The position numbers were made by a program, and so were the translations under genes. Below are positions 1-10,406 of a DNA stretch of 64,000 bases, in pieces; the stretch's first letter is position 1, and each line of letters begins with the position of its first letter. The notes beneath the pieces are model-generated. The model worked only from the letters and a program-made list of their open reading frames with translations, did not search any database and was not told the origin of the DNA. Source of the DNA: Cloacimonetes bacterium SCGC AAA252-N17 (GTDB lineage Bacteria; Cloacimonadota; Cloacimonadia; JGIOTU-2); NCBI GenBank assembly GCA_000404785.1, contig ASNI01000005.1, positions 9,914-73,913 of the forward strand, given 5' to 3'.

Positions 1-3000
1 TAATATCGAGGTCAATATCGGTTTTATTCGTCATTTTCAGACTTCCAAGCAGAGGAATTTTCACTCCTTTTGCAGACTGGAATGTATAGCGGAAAGTTGT
101 GCTGACGCTCGCTTCATCATTTCTTGTTTCCTTATTATTTTCAATATAACTTATCTGGTTACTGAAGTTATAATTAAAACCAAGATTTGCATTTATCTTA
201 TTGAATAGCTTGGTATTGAAAGAGATAAGCGGACTGAACTGGAACTTCTCTGTAGAGCTCTCCGGTGTATCCCAGAATCCTGACCCTGTATTAGATATCA
301 TGCGGGAAAAACTCGTTGAGAGCCGGCTATTACTGAGAAAATTTGCATTCAGGAAATCATCAATTCCATTGAAGCCAAGAACGAGCCCAGGCAGAGTTAT
401 CGACTCTGTTTTTGTCTTGTTGCCGGAATTTTGATTCAGGCCGATGCTGTATTTTGCACTTACTTCTGCGCTTATGAACTTCGTTAGTTCAAAGCTGGTT
501 CGTGTGTTGGCAGAAAAGGCATCTACCTGACCTGTTGATTGTATCTGCCCTAATGTGAGGTCGCGTAATCCAAGCTGATAATAGAGATCAGGCAGCGAAT
601 CGGGAGGTGCATAGTATTTTGTCCTGTATGTATTTGAATAACTAAGATCCACTGAACCGATCTTGTGTACACAGAAGCCAACAGCTTTTGTAGCGTACAT
701 TGCAATCTTTTTAAATCCAAATGACGATGTTTTCTCTTCTATTATTATTTCTTCTTCACCTTCAGGTGTTTCTACTTCTATATCCACAGAATCGACAATC
801 TCTTCTATTTCTTCATTTTTCGGTTCTTCCCCGCTTCTCTCATGTTCTTCAAGTTCCTTTTGTTTCTCTTTATCTTCCAGCTCTATTTCATCGATCTCCT
901 CAATTTCCTTTTCTGTCTCCTCTTCGATCAATTCCCCTTGTGGCGTAACTTTTTCTTCTTTCACCACCTCATCTATCTCAATGAGTTGCATAATATATTC
1001 ACCATACTTGTCGAATTTCAGTGTGATATTTGCGGAAGCTCTACGTTCATTTTCAACTTCATATTGTATGCTCAATGTATCATGATCAAGAGTTTCTCTA
1101 CGGTTTTGTTTATACAAGGTTTTATACTGCGTGTTGAAATTTAACTTTTTCATATAGTCAGGCACATATTTCAGGGTCACATCTTGATTTCTGGCAGTTT
1201 CCACACCGATATTCAGTTTTCCTACCTTATTTTTCTTTCCAAGATCACGGGTCATGTTCAGCAAATAATCAGTATTGAGATCTGTGAACAACTCATAATC
1301 CACAGTAAGTTTAGGATTCAGGGTGTGTTCCGGCACCTTATCATCTTTTATGAAAAGTGTATCCTGGCTCAGCTTGGTCCATGAATTGTACCTTGTATAG
1401 TTATAATTAGTATTGATGGTGATCTTCTGGGGAAGGAAGTACACATTGAATTTTTCAAAAATTTTGATATCATGAGTATTTTTAGCGAAATTCAATGCAT
1501 AATTCAATGTTCCTGTATATTTGTAAGTAGTGTCCCGTTTTGTAGGCGAAAGGATATTGTTATTCTGAACTGATGCTGCGATATAAGTGTTATCGAGAAG
1601 AACCTTTGCAAAGAAATTTGTTGATTTTTTACTTTTCCGCAGCGAGATCGATACTTCTTTTGATTCGCTAAGAGTTTTGTATTTGTTCTTTTCTTCTGGA
1701 GTTATGAGCTTGATGTCCGAACTCGGCTGGAATCGCGGCTTGCTTTCACTGAACGTGTAATCGAATTTCAATGGAATATTGAAGCCCCATTCATCGGGCA
1801 TAAATTTATGAAGATAAAAATTATTCCTTAGAGCATAGGAATAACTGTCCGAACCGCTGCCCGAACGCTTGCCAAGTGAATAGAAATTCGGGGTTTTCCT
1901 TTCAAAATTGATCCATACATCGGCAAAATCCGCAATTTTTGTATCCAGCGTTAATCGTGCTGCCATACCCATCTCGCTGTAGGGATCGCTCACACGGATA
2001 TCATCAAAGAAAATGCGACCGCTGAATGTAGTTTCCATGCTGTCGGGGCGAATTAGTCCAACTGCTACCTGCTTGATATATCCAAGAGAGGGATTACCCA
2101 CGATCCTCAAACAGGCAGTAGTATCTTGCACATCACTTTTTTTCAGATCGGTAAATTCTGTAAAATCAATAGTGATATCCTGCCAGCGGCTCTCTGTCAT
2201 TTTTAAGTCAATATCATCATACACCTGTACGGACTGACGATACTCGTAGTAGTTTAAAGTATCTTCACCAAGGCGGAAAATAATTGTTTCATTATCCGAT
2301 GCATTTAGTGGTGGTCCTGTAGCATGCTGTGCATAGACCCATAATTTCACTTTGCTGTAATTGAGCAGGTCTAATTTTTCGGAGAAATTTTCCTTTGCAT
2401 AGATATATCTATCTGGTTCAAGATTTTGGATTTTCAATACGAGGGATTGCTCGATCTCTTTTTCTTTATCATCATCACCTGTCAATGAGCCGGGAGGTGG
2501 AGTGTAATCGAGATTATTGGAGTTATTTTCAGTTGCCACCTCGAACGCTTCATCGGGTTGAAGGTCTGCAGGTCTGTGCAAAGTTGTATCCATAATAGCA
2601 GAAGCAGTCCATTTGTTACCAACCAGCTCGAAGGTCTCGATATCAATAACCAGATCGTCCGATGATTCTGTCTTCATCCACAAACGAGCACTTTGAATAT
2701 AGCCCCAAGAAGGATTTAGAGTATCAGCAGGGTGAAAATATGTCGAATCCTGCAAAGGAATGCGGATGAATTTCCAATCATTATATTCTGAAATGAGAAT
2801 TTCGGGATCTACGTTTGTGAGGTCTATAGCATATTGAAAATAATTATTTTTTGTGTCGAGCACAAAGTTTCTATTCAAGTCCTCAGTATCCAGACGTCCG
2901 TTGACTTCCGCACCGTTTATTCCACTATAATCTGATGACCCGGCTGAATAATTATAGTCGTCATTTCCATCATCGATGCCAGGCTCGTCATCTTCATCAT

Positions 3001-6000
3001 GATTTTTTGGAGGTACCGGGTCTGTGCCAGGTACATTATCAAGTCCTACGTCTTCCCCCACATCGAGCACACCATCCTGATTGAGATCCTCATAGTTCAG
3101 AATGCCATTCGGATGAGTGATCGGATAATAGTCCTCGCTCATGGTACCAAGGTTGATAAAGAGCGTGTCACCAAGCTCTGCATCTTTTGCTTTCAGTGTA
3201 AGTTCGAGATAGCGTTTTTTCTTTAAATCCTCAGCGGTTCTGCCAAAACTTTTCATGATACCACCCCAACTAGGAAGGGGAGTAAGTGGTTCTAATTTGC
3301 ATTCAAGAACAGACACATACTCTCTTCCCTCATCTGTGGGAAGATCAGGATAGATGTCTTTTTTCTGAAATACATTATGTGGATTATACCAGCTCAGATC
3401 ACCTCTGGAAATAAGGGTAACAAGTGTATCTGCCATAAGAGAATCGATTCCGATAGGATAACTGGCAAAATCATATTCTGAACGGCTAATACCAATAGAA
3501 AATTTCTCATTGATCGCTTCCATATCATCGATGTATGCTTCCTTGTTATCAGTGGCATTAGGATCAGGAATGTTCATCGCCACTTCACCGGAAAGTGACA
3601 CTGTTGATTTGTCATTGGTCCTCACCAGGGGTATCATATTTACGAGATCAGTCACAAATGGAAGATCCGCTTTCACAGAGCCATCGATGTCTCCAACAAA
3701 TATCTTAGTTGGCTCGCTTCCAACCTTTACATGCTTTTTGCTGGAAGCTCCTCCTTCATACATGAAAGTCGCTCCGATCTTTGCATTATTATTAAATTCA
3801 TAATCTGCCCGAAGACCGAACATGCTCTTCTTGTCCATACTGAAGAAGGGCTCGTACTCGAAATCCACTTTTACATCAGCGTTGGGATCGCTGGCAGCAT
3901 CGCCCTTGAGCCGCACTGTGCCGCCAAAATAATCAATATCGTAATCAGTTCCCTTTTTCATCAGCACACCGTCAACATAAACCTTTTCACTTCCTTCGAT
4001 GATATTGATGTGTCCCAGGTTTATCGTGCTGCCGACTGTGTTTGATTTCACACTTATGTAAAAGGGATTATAATCTTCTACCTTTGGATCGCGCTCATTA
4101 TAGACCATTGGATTACCGAGTGTGCTGTCGTATTCCGAGAACCAGTATTGTTGGAATGGCTCCCACATATCGAAGACAGCAAGTCCTTTCTCCAGATCAA
4201 TGGTTTCATCGCTTCCGTTCACAATGCCGTCCCCGTTAGTGTCGAGATTCAGTATATCAATAAATTTATTAAGCACATTGTTAGAGTCTAAAATGCTGTA
4301 TTCTGCTTCTCCTCCTGCTCCAGGCGGATAGTAAAAGATCTTTACTTCAAAACCCTGGGAATCGATATTCTTACCACCAAGACTGTAAATATTTTTGAAT
4401 TGATAACCCCACTTTGCAGCAGGTAAATCATCTGTGTAATAATCCTTTTTGATCATTTTAACGGTTGGAACTCCATCTACATAACTGCCCCACTTCTTTC
4501 CAGACACCTCCTCATAGATGACACCAATGGCATAGTCATCTGAAATACCAACTCCGAATTGGATCATATATGGTGAGTTAATATAGTCTATAAAAAATTC
4601 ATTTATAGGATCTGTGAGCTTATAAAATCTATATTCATTAGTATGATCAAGATCATAACCCGTTATATTCGTCGGATCAGTACGTCCGTCATCAATGAAG
4701 ATTTCCATGGAACCTACTTTGGGCATTTTCTTGGAAAGATAACTCCATTGGGTCATAGGCAGTGTGTCCGGATTAACAGGCACACTAATAGAATCTACAA
4801 ACAAATTCTCGGGTTCATCAAACAAAAAATATTTATTCCTTACAAAGTTTTTGTCCATATACTCTGTTTCCTGTTGGACTGCATTCCCTGTGGCAGATGC
4901 CGATGCCTGTTGCCCTTCCTGCTGGCTAATAATAGTAGTGAGTTTGAGCTTTCCGAATTCAAATACACCCTTGATGCCAAACAGGTTTTCAGAAGAAGCT
5001 GAGTAGCTGATAAATTGCGAGCCCGAAAGTGAGAGCCGTGTATCTCCTGCTTCGATCAGTTTGATGGGATCATCTTCATCACCTACATATTTTATGCTGA
5101 TCTTATTTTTCTCAAAGATAGATGCATCAGAAGTTTGTTTTACATCGACCTTTATCTTTTTACCGATAGTTCCGCTGATGCCAAGATTCAGCTTTTGTTC
5201 CATTTTAAGGTCTGGGAAAAACCCTTTATTTGAGCTTTCGGTTACTCTTTCCGGTTTACGTTTTGTTGATGATCCACCAATAGTTATCTTTTGAGAACCG
5301 GTCACTTTAAGCCGACCGATATTATCACCAAAGAAGCGGCGCATTGCTTTGGGCATTTTTATTTTGGGAAATTCAATATCCGGAATAATTCCCTGCACCT
5401 GCTTATTCTGAATGCGAAGCTGTTCTGCCTGCTCAATATCCTTATTAAGATACTCATAAAGCTGCTCATGGAAGCGAACGTTCACATAGTTTTCCAAGCC
5501 CAATGCAAAAGGTGCATGGATACGGGCTCCTCCAAAAGAGCTTCGAACCAGTACCCTATTCTTTCTGATATCAATTTCATCCGAGTGTTCATAGAGTTTG
5601 GAATTCACAAAATATTTATTGAATTTCTGGTGGGGGAATGCTTCTTTCTTGAGGTATTCTACTACCTCTGTGGAGTCCTCTTTTGCCATAAGAGGCATAG
5701 AAATTGTATGATGGAACAAGCTTGGAAATGAAGATATTTTTTGAGGATGATTTTTTTTCTTTTGTATAACTGTTTTTGTTGTATCTTTTTGTTTCTCGTG
5801 CTCCTCGGTAAGATTTAAAGTATCAGCAAAAGGAATTGTATCAATAATACCGAGTTCCGGCTTTTCAATAAACAGGGTGTCAGTAACAATGAGAAGCGTA
5901 TCTTTAGTCGTTTTACCGGTGCTATCTGTGACCTCAACTGTTTGCTTGCTTACCTTCTCCTCACCTTTTTCGATGATGGTCTCTGCCTGTATCGCATTAT

Positions 6001-6070
6001 GCTGCAGAAGTGTATAACCTGCTGCAACTAAAAACAGGACGCTGATAAAGAAAACAGATCTAATCTTCAT
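1..6070 (-). CDS. sprA: T9SS translocon SprA-like cell-surface protein, partial (N-terminal 2023 codons; C-terminus lies beyond the window start)
   Basis: Absent from the ORF track because there is no stop inside the window. Hand translation of the minus strand from ATG 6070..6068 (MKIRSVFFISVLFLVAAG, signal-peptide-like) stays open to position 1 (...KIPLLGSLKMTNKTDIDLDI). The segment IKYVGDEDDPIKLIEAGDTRLSLSGSQFISYSASSENLFGIKGVFEFGKLKLTTIISQQEGQ matches my recollection of the conserved SprA N-terminal repeat. All + strand ORFs listed here are low-complexity antisense artefacts. Confidence 0.75.
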   Translation of the reverse strand, partial: MKIRSVFFISVLFLVAAGYTLLQHNAIQAETIIEKGEEKVSKQTVEVTDSTGKTTKDTLLIVTDTLFIEKPELGIIDTIPFADTLNLTEEHEKQKDTTKTVIQKKKNHPQKISSFPSLFHHTISMPLMAKEDSTEVVEYLKKEAFPHQKFNKYFVNSKLYEHSDEIDIRKNRVLVRSSFGGARIHAPFALGLENYVNVRFHEQLYEYLNKDIEQAEQLRIQNKQVQGIIPDIEFPKIKMPKAMRRFFGDNIGRLKVTGSQKITIGGSSTKRKPERVTESSNKGFFPDLKMEQKLNLGISGTIGKKIKVDVKQTSDASIFEKNKISIKYVGDEDDPIKLIEAGDTRLSLSGSQFISYSASSENLFGIKGVFEFGKLKLTTIISQQEGQQASASATGNAVQQETEYMDKNFVRNKYFLFDEPENLFVDSISVPVNPDTLPMTQWSYLSKKMPKVGSMEIFIDDGRTDPTNITGYDLDHTNEYRFYKLTDPINEFFIDYINSPYMIQFGVGISDDYAIGVIYEEVSGKKWGSYVDGVPTVKMIKKDYYTDDLPAAKWGYQFKNIYSLGGKNIDSQGFEVKIFYYPPGAGGEAEYSILDSNNVLNKFIDILNLDTNGDGIVNGSDETIDLEKGLAVFDMWEPFQQYWFSEYDSTLGNPMVYNERDPKVEDYNPFYISVKSNTVGSTINLGHINIIEGSEKVYVDGVLMKKGTDYDIDYFGGTVRLKGDAASDPNADVKVDFEYEPFFSMDKKSMFGLRADYEFNNNAKIGATFMYEGGASSKKHVKVGSEPTKIFVGDIDGSVKADLPFVTDLVNMIPLVRTNDKSTVSLSGEVAMNIPDPNATDNKEAYIDDMEAINEKFSIGISRSEYDFASYPIGIDSLMADTLVTLISRGDLSWYNPHNVFQKKDIYPDLPTDEGREYVSVLECKLEPLTPLPSWGGIMKSFGRTAEDLKKKRYLELTLKAKDAELGDTLFINLGTMSEDYYPITHPNGILNYEDLNQDGVLDVGEDVGLDNVPGTDPVPPKNHDEDDEPGIDDGNDDYNYSAGSSDYSGINGAEVNGRLDTEDLNRNFVLDTKNNYFQYAIDLTNVDPEILISEYNDWKFIRIPLQDSTYFHPADTLNPSWGYIQSARLWMKTESSDDLVIDIETFELVGNKWTASAIMDTTLHRPADLQPDEAFEVATENNSNNLDYTPPPGSLTGDDDKEKEIEQSLVLKIQNLEPDRYIYAKENFSEKLDLLNYSKVKLWVYAQHATGPPLNASDNETIIFRLGEDTLNYYEYRQSVQVYDDIDLKMTESRWQDITIDFTEFTDLKKSDVQDTTACLRIVGNPSLGYIKQVAVGLIRPDSMETTFSGRIFFDDIRVSDPYSEMGMAARLTLDTKIADFADVWINFERKTPNFYSLGKRSGSGSDSYSYALRNNFYLHKFMPDEWGFNIPLKFDYTFSESKPRFQPSSDIKLITPEEKNKYKTLSESKEVSISLRKSKKSTNFFAKVLLDNTYIAASVQNNNILSPTKRDTTYKYTGTLNYALNFAKNTHDIKIFEKFNVYFLPQKITINTNYNYTRYNSWTKLSQDTLFIKDDKVPEHTLNPKLTVDYELFTDLNTDYLLNMTRDLGKKNKVGKLNIGVETARNQDVTLKYVPDYMKKLNFNTQYKTLYKQNRRETLDHDTLSIQYEVENERRASANITLKFDKYGEYIMQLIEIDEVVKEEKVTPQGELIEEETEKEIEEIDEIELEDKEKQKELEEHERSGEEPKNEEIEEIVDSVDIEVETPEGEEEIIIEEKTSSFGFKKIAMYATKAVGFCVHKIGSVDLSYSNTYRTKYYAPPDSLPDLYYQLGLRDLTLGQIQSTGQVDAFSANTRTSFELTKFISAEVSAKYSIGLNQNSGNKTKTESITLPGLVLGFNGIDDFLNANFLSNSRLSTSFSRMISNTGSGFWDTPESSTEKFQFSPLISFNTKLFNKINANLGFNYNFSNQISYIENNKETRNDEASVSTTFRYTFQSAKGVKIPLLGSLKMTNKTDIDLDI

Positions 6071-6388
6071 ACCTATTAAACTTATAACTATCCTTAAATA
6101 TATTTATTCAATTATTTACAGAGTTTATCCGTCAACCGGTGGATTGCTCGCTATAAGCGAAATTTCGATAGTATCAAAGTATATAGGCAGTCTTCCTCTT
6201 TTGATTGCCAAAATGTAGAGCCATTCCCTTCATGGTCAACATTTTATTCATTCCAAATATATTGCATTTGATCTTTTTCATAGGAAGCTCTTGTATGCGT
6301 GAAGTCATTTTTATCGTCAAGAAATTGATGATTGTTGACAAAACATCACTCAAAAATAGTCTGCTAACATCAAATTTTGGGAGGTACT

Positions 6389-6829
6389 ATGCGGCTGCTT
6401 ATTCAGCGTGTGAACTATGCTTCTGTCTCTGTGGAAGGTACACTTATTTCAAAAATAGGAAAAGGATTGCTCATCTTTCTTGGAGTTGGGCACAATGATA
6501 CTGAAGCCCATGCGGACTTTCTTGCGAAAAAGTCAGTGAACCTGCGCATATTTGAGGATGATGAAGGAAAGATGAATCTCAGTGTGAAGGATATTTGTGG
6601 AGAAATTCTGCTGATCTCGCAATTCACCTTGTATGCTGACACAAAAAAAGGGAACCGCCCCGGCTTTTCCGACTCCGCTCCTCCAGAAAAAGCAGAAGCA
6701 CTGTATGAGTATTTTGGAAAGTGCTTGAATAAACTTGGAGTTCCTACAAAAACGGGCAAATTCGGTGCGCTTATGGAAATCAATCTTCTTAATTTCGGAC
6801 CTGCAACCTTTCTTTTGGAGAGAGAATAA
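6389..6829 (+). CDS. dtd: D-aminoacyl-tRNA deacylase
   Basis: MRLLIQRV...GKGLLIFLGVGHNDT...LRIFEDDEGKMNLS...LLISQFTLYADTKKGNRPGF is the canonical Dtd pattern. GGGAGG sits 6 nt upstream of ATG 6389. The track start at 6377 is a TTG inside the RBS. Confidence 0.9.
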   Translation: MRLLIQRVNYASVSVEGTLISKIGKGLLIFLGVGHNDTEAHADFLAKKSVNLRIFEDDEGKMNLSVKDICGEILLISQFTLYADTKKGNRPGFSDSAPPEKAEALYEYFGKCLNKLGVPTKTGKFGALMEINLLNFGPATFLLERE

Positions 6830-6898
6830 GCTTCAAAACAATCCGGCAGACCCAAAATCTTGACACGCTTTACACCATCAGGAAATTTCCCCCTCAAC

Positions 6899-8971
6899 AT
6901 GAATAATAACTCCTATCTCTATGAAATTGGAACAGAAGAATTACCGGCTTCTTACATACGACCCGCTATTACATTTCTACAGAAATATTTTTCCACTCGC
7001 TTGCAGGAAGCGCAGCTTGCTTTTGATATGATTAAACCATATTCGACTCCTCGCAGATTATGCATAATGGTAACTGGACTTCCCGCTGCTCAGGCAGATT
7101 CCTCCGAAGAAATTGTCGGACCTCCCAAACGTATTGCTTATGATGAAAATGGCAATCTCAACAAGGTGGGACAGGGGTTTCTCAACAAACAAAATCTCAA
7201 AGAAAAAGATATCATAATAAAAGAACTTCCAAAGGGTGAATACCTCAGTGCCATCAAACATATAAAAGGAAAACCAACCAAAGAAATTCTCAGCACGATT
7301 TCTGTCGAAGTCATTCCAAAAATACCCTTCCCCAAAAAAATGCACTGGGGAAACGGCACACTTCTTTTTGCGCGTCCCATCCGCTTGATCCTTGCTTTAT
7401 ATAATGACAAACTTCTCGAATTCGAGATCGATGGGATTAAAAGCAACACATACACTTTCGGAAACCGCTTCCAAAAATTACATAATATTATTAATTTACC
7501 TTTAATTAATAAATATATTCATTTATTAATAGAGCACTTTGTCATTGCAGACAGAAATGAGAGAAAGGAACGGATAAAAAAGGAAATTCAGCGAGCTGCT
7601 GCGACAATCGGTGGCATTCCTGTTGAGAATCCCGAACTGCTCGATACCGTGACCGATCTGGTTGAATATCCCTCTCCAATTGTTGGAACTTTTGACAGAG
7701 CATTTTTATCCTTACCTCAAAAAGTTCTTACAACAACTCTTTCAGAAACTCAAAAATCCTTCTCTGTCCAGAACAAAGATAATGAACTCATACCATACTT
7801 TATCGGGATCGGTAACAGCAATCCAAAAACAATAAGCAAAGTTCTCTACGGCAATGAGCGGGTTATCAATGCACGACTTAGCGACGCAAAATTCTATTTT
7901 GATACGGACAAAGAAATCCCCCTTGCAATACGAGTTGATGAATTAAAGAAGATCACTTTCATAAAAAATCTCGGCACACTTTATGATAAGATCGAAAGAA
8001 TGAAATCTGTTGGAAAATGGTGCGCTGATGCTCTTTCATATGACAAGGACAAGATTGAAAGAGCAGTCCATTTGTGCAAATCCGATCTGACCACACTCAT
8101 TCTTGGTGAAAAGGAATATACCAAATTGCAGGGCTATATGGGCTGGCAATATGCCTTGAATGACAGGGAAGATGCCGAAGTGGCACAGGCGCTTTTCGAG
8201 CAATACCTGCCACGCTTCAAGGATGATATTTTGCCGGAAACAAAAACCGGAACTGTCCTTTCGCTTGTTGATAAGATGGATACGATAGTCGGCTGTTTTT
8301 CAATCGGACTGCAACCGAGCGGTACAAGCGATCCACTCGGGATCCGAAGAGCCGGAAATGGCATTATCGCGATCCTCGCAGAACATGATTTGTCCCTGAA
8401 CCTTGAAAATTTTATTGCAAAAAGTATCGAAACTTATAATGATACTAAAAAGGAATTGAAAGAAGAAGTCGTTGATTTCTTCATTCAGAGAATACGTATG
8501 TATCTTGAAAATTCAGAAATTGATTACGATGTGATAAATGCAGTCATTGAAGCAGATTATACAGACATTCCCGATGTGTTGATCAGAGCCAAAAGTCTGC
8601 AGGAATTCAAACTGCATGAAGATTTCAAGAAATTCATCATCGGGTTCAAACGGGCATCAAATATACTGGAAAGCTCGCAGAATACAGTTCCTTTTAATGA
8701 AGCACTTTTTGAGGAAAAAGAGGAATCTGAACTCTATAAAAAACTGACTGAGATCATACCTCATTATGAGACTCATTTTGAAAAGAAAAACTATAATGCC
8801 TGCTTTAACGACCTTGTTGCATTGAAGGATTTTATTGATTTATTTTTTGATAATGTGATGGTCATGGTTGAGAATGAAACACTTCGGGAAAACCGCATGG
8901 CGCTACTTCGTCTGATCCATTCTACTTTTATGAAAACTGCTGATCTATCAAAAATTGTATATGAATTATAG
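6899..8971 (+). CDS. glyS: Glycyl-tRNA synthetase beta subunit
   Basis: About 690 aa. The N-terminus YLYEIGTEELPASY is the hallmark GlyS start, with an anticodon-binding-like C-terminus. Start moved to ATG 6899 (MNNNSYLYEIGTEELP). Confidence 0.9.
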   Translation: MNNNSYLYEIGTEELPASYIRPAITFLQKYFSTRLQEAQLAFDMIKPYSTPRRLCIMVTGLPAAQADSSEEIVGPPKRIAYDENGNLNKVGQGFLNKQNLKEKDIIIKELPKGEYLSAIKHIKGKPTKEILSTISVEVIPKIPFPKKMHWGNGTLLFARPIRLILALYNDKLLEFEIDGIKSNTYTFGNRFQKLHNIINLPLINKYIHLLIEHFVIADRNERKERIKKEIQRAAATIGGIPVENPELLDTVTDLVEYPSPIVGTFDRAFLSLPQKVLTTTLSETQKSFSVQNKDNELIPYFIGIGNSNPKTISKVLYGNERVINARLSDAKFYFDTDKEIPLAIRVDELKKITFIKNLGTLYDKIERMKSVGKWCADALSYDKDKIERAVHLCKSDLTTLILGEKEYTKLQGYMGWQYALNDREDAEVAQALFEQYLPRFKDDILPETKTGTVLSLVDKMDTIVGCFSIGLQPSGTSDPLGIRRAGNGIIAILAEHDLSLNLENFIAKSIETYNDTKKELKEEVVDFFIQRIRMYLENSEIDYDVINAVIEADYTDIPDVLIRAKSLQEFKLHEDFKKFIIGFKRASNILESSQNTVPFNEALFEEKEESELYKKLTEIIPHYETHFEKKNYNACFNDLVALKDFIDLFFDNVMVMVENETLRENRMALLRLIHSTFMKTADLSKIVYEL

Positions 8972-8986
8972 GCATTGGGAGATACA

Positions 8987-10183
8987 ATGAGCACAACACT
9001 TTCCCATCGCGCACGAGCAATCAAACCCTCCCCAACTCTGACTGTTTCTGCCCTTGCCAAAAAGATGAAAGCGGAAGGTCATGATGTCATAAATTTCGGG
9101 GTTGGAGAGCCGGATTTCAATACACCTGAATACATTAAAGAAGCTGCGAAAAAGGCGTTGGACGACAATTTCACTCACTATACTGCTTCTGCCGGAATTC
9201 TTGAACTGCGGGATGCAATTGTAGAGAAATTCAAAAATGATAATGGGCTTGATTACACTACCGATCAAATCTTCGTTTCTCCAGGCGCGAAAGCTTCGAT
9301 CATTCACATTCTTCTTGCAATCTGCGATCCCCGCGATGAAGTGCTGATCCCCTCTCCTTATTGGGTGAGCTACACATCACAAGTAGAAATGGTTGACGGA
9401 CATCCCATCCTGCTTCCCACGAATATGAGCACAAATTTCAAGATCACCGCACTGCAACTCGATGATGCGCTCTCCTCTCTCAGTAATCCGAAAGCACTTA
9501 TTCTGAATTCACCAAACAACCCAACAGGAAGCGTCTATTCCAAAGAAGACCTGCTTGGCATTGCCGAAGTATGTGTGAAATATGATATTTTTATTATTTC
9601 TGATGAAATTTATGAGAAACTCATTTATGATGGCGAAGAGCATGTGTCAATTGCCTCGCTCTCACCGGAAGTAAAGGATATCACAATTGTCATAAACGGC
9701 GTTTCCAAAGCTTATGCTATGACCGGCTGGCGTCTCGGATATGCGGCAGGACCGATCGAAGTCATCAAATATGCAAGCCGCATCCAGAGCCACACAACCT
9801 CGAATGTGAATTCCATGACGCAGAAAGCAGCGATCACTGCACTTACAGAGGATGACGGAAGTATTGAAAAGATGCGTCAACAGTTTGAGAAACGAAGAAA
9901 TTTTCTCGTGAAAGAATTGAACAGTATTCCTAATGTGAGATGCACGCTCCCAAAAGGTGCATTTTATGCCATGCCAGACATTTCATATTATTTACAAAAC
10001 AATAAAAAGAACATCACCTCTTCCGCAGATCTCTGCACCTACATTCTGAAGAATTATTATGTCGCAATCGTTCCCGGCTCAGCTTTTGGAGCAAATAACT
10101 ATGTCCGTTTTTCCTATGCAAATTCCATGGAAAACATTGAAAAGGGATTGCAGCGCTTTGCTGAAGGACTTCAAAATATTTAA
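8987..10183 (+). CDS. aspC: Aspartate/aromatic aminotransferase, PLP-dependent class I
   Basis: Motifs GEPDFNTP, NSPNNPTG and SKAYAMTGWRLGY (PLP lysine), about 398 aa. GGGAGA lies before ATG 8987. Confidence 0.85.
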   Translation: MSTTLSHRARAIKPSPTLTVSALAKKMKAEGHDVINFGVGEPDFNTPEYIKEAAKKALDDNFTHYTASAGILELRDAIVEKFKNDNGLDYTTDQIFVSPGAKASIIHILLAICDPRDEVLIPSPYWVSYTSQVEMVDGHPILLPTNMSTNFKITALQLDDALSSLSNPKALILNSPNNPTGSVYSKEDLLGIAEVCVKYDIFIISDEIYEKLIYDGEEHVSIASLSPEVKDITIVINGVSKAYAMTGWRLGYAAGPIEVIKYASRIQSHTTSNVNSMTQKAAITALTEDDGSIEKMRQQFEKRRNFLVKELNSIPNVRCTLPKGAFYAMPDISYYLQNNKKNITSSADLCTYILKNYYVAIVPGSAFGANNYVRFSYANSMENIEKGLQRFAEGLQNI

Positions 10184-10187
10184 CATC

Positions 10188-10406
10188 ATGTCTTTTTTCA
10201 CAGATGAATTGAAAAAACGAAGACACTATCGTAATAAAGACCTCACTTCGATCTGGAAACTCATTATCAGAATCATACTGTTCATTGTGCTGATCCTGCT
10301 TATTCGGTTTTTTTCTACAGGCGGAGTTTCTAAATTCTGGGACTACATTCTTAATGATAAGAACAAACCTGCCACTGTGATAATTGAAGAAATGGATACA
10401 GAATAA
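10188..10406 (+). CDS. Small single-pass membrane protein (72 aa), hypothetical
   Basis: ATG 10188 lies 5 nt after the aspC stop. It has a basic N-terminus and one hydrophobic helix (IWKLIIRIILFIVLILLIRFF). The stop overlaps the next start (TAATG), suggesting translational coupling. No recognisable family. Confidence 0.4.
   Translation: MSFFTDELKKRRHYRNKDLTSIWKLIIRIILFIVLILLIRFFSTGGVSKFWDYILNDKNKPATVIIEEMDTE

Noticed and set aside
663-1144. Three overlapping + strand ORFs (75-140 aa) with Ser/Phe/Leu-rich low-complexity translations
   Set aside because: They are the antisense reading of the Glu-rich insertion in the minus-strand sprA frame. They have no RBS or sensible protein features. The same applies to the other + strand ORFs listed between 201 and 5731.
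6415-6900. 161-aa minus-strand ORF
   Set aside because: It is antisense to dtd, whose identity is unambiguous. Its composition looks like a shadow ORF.
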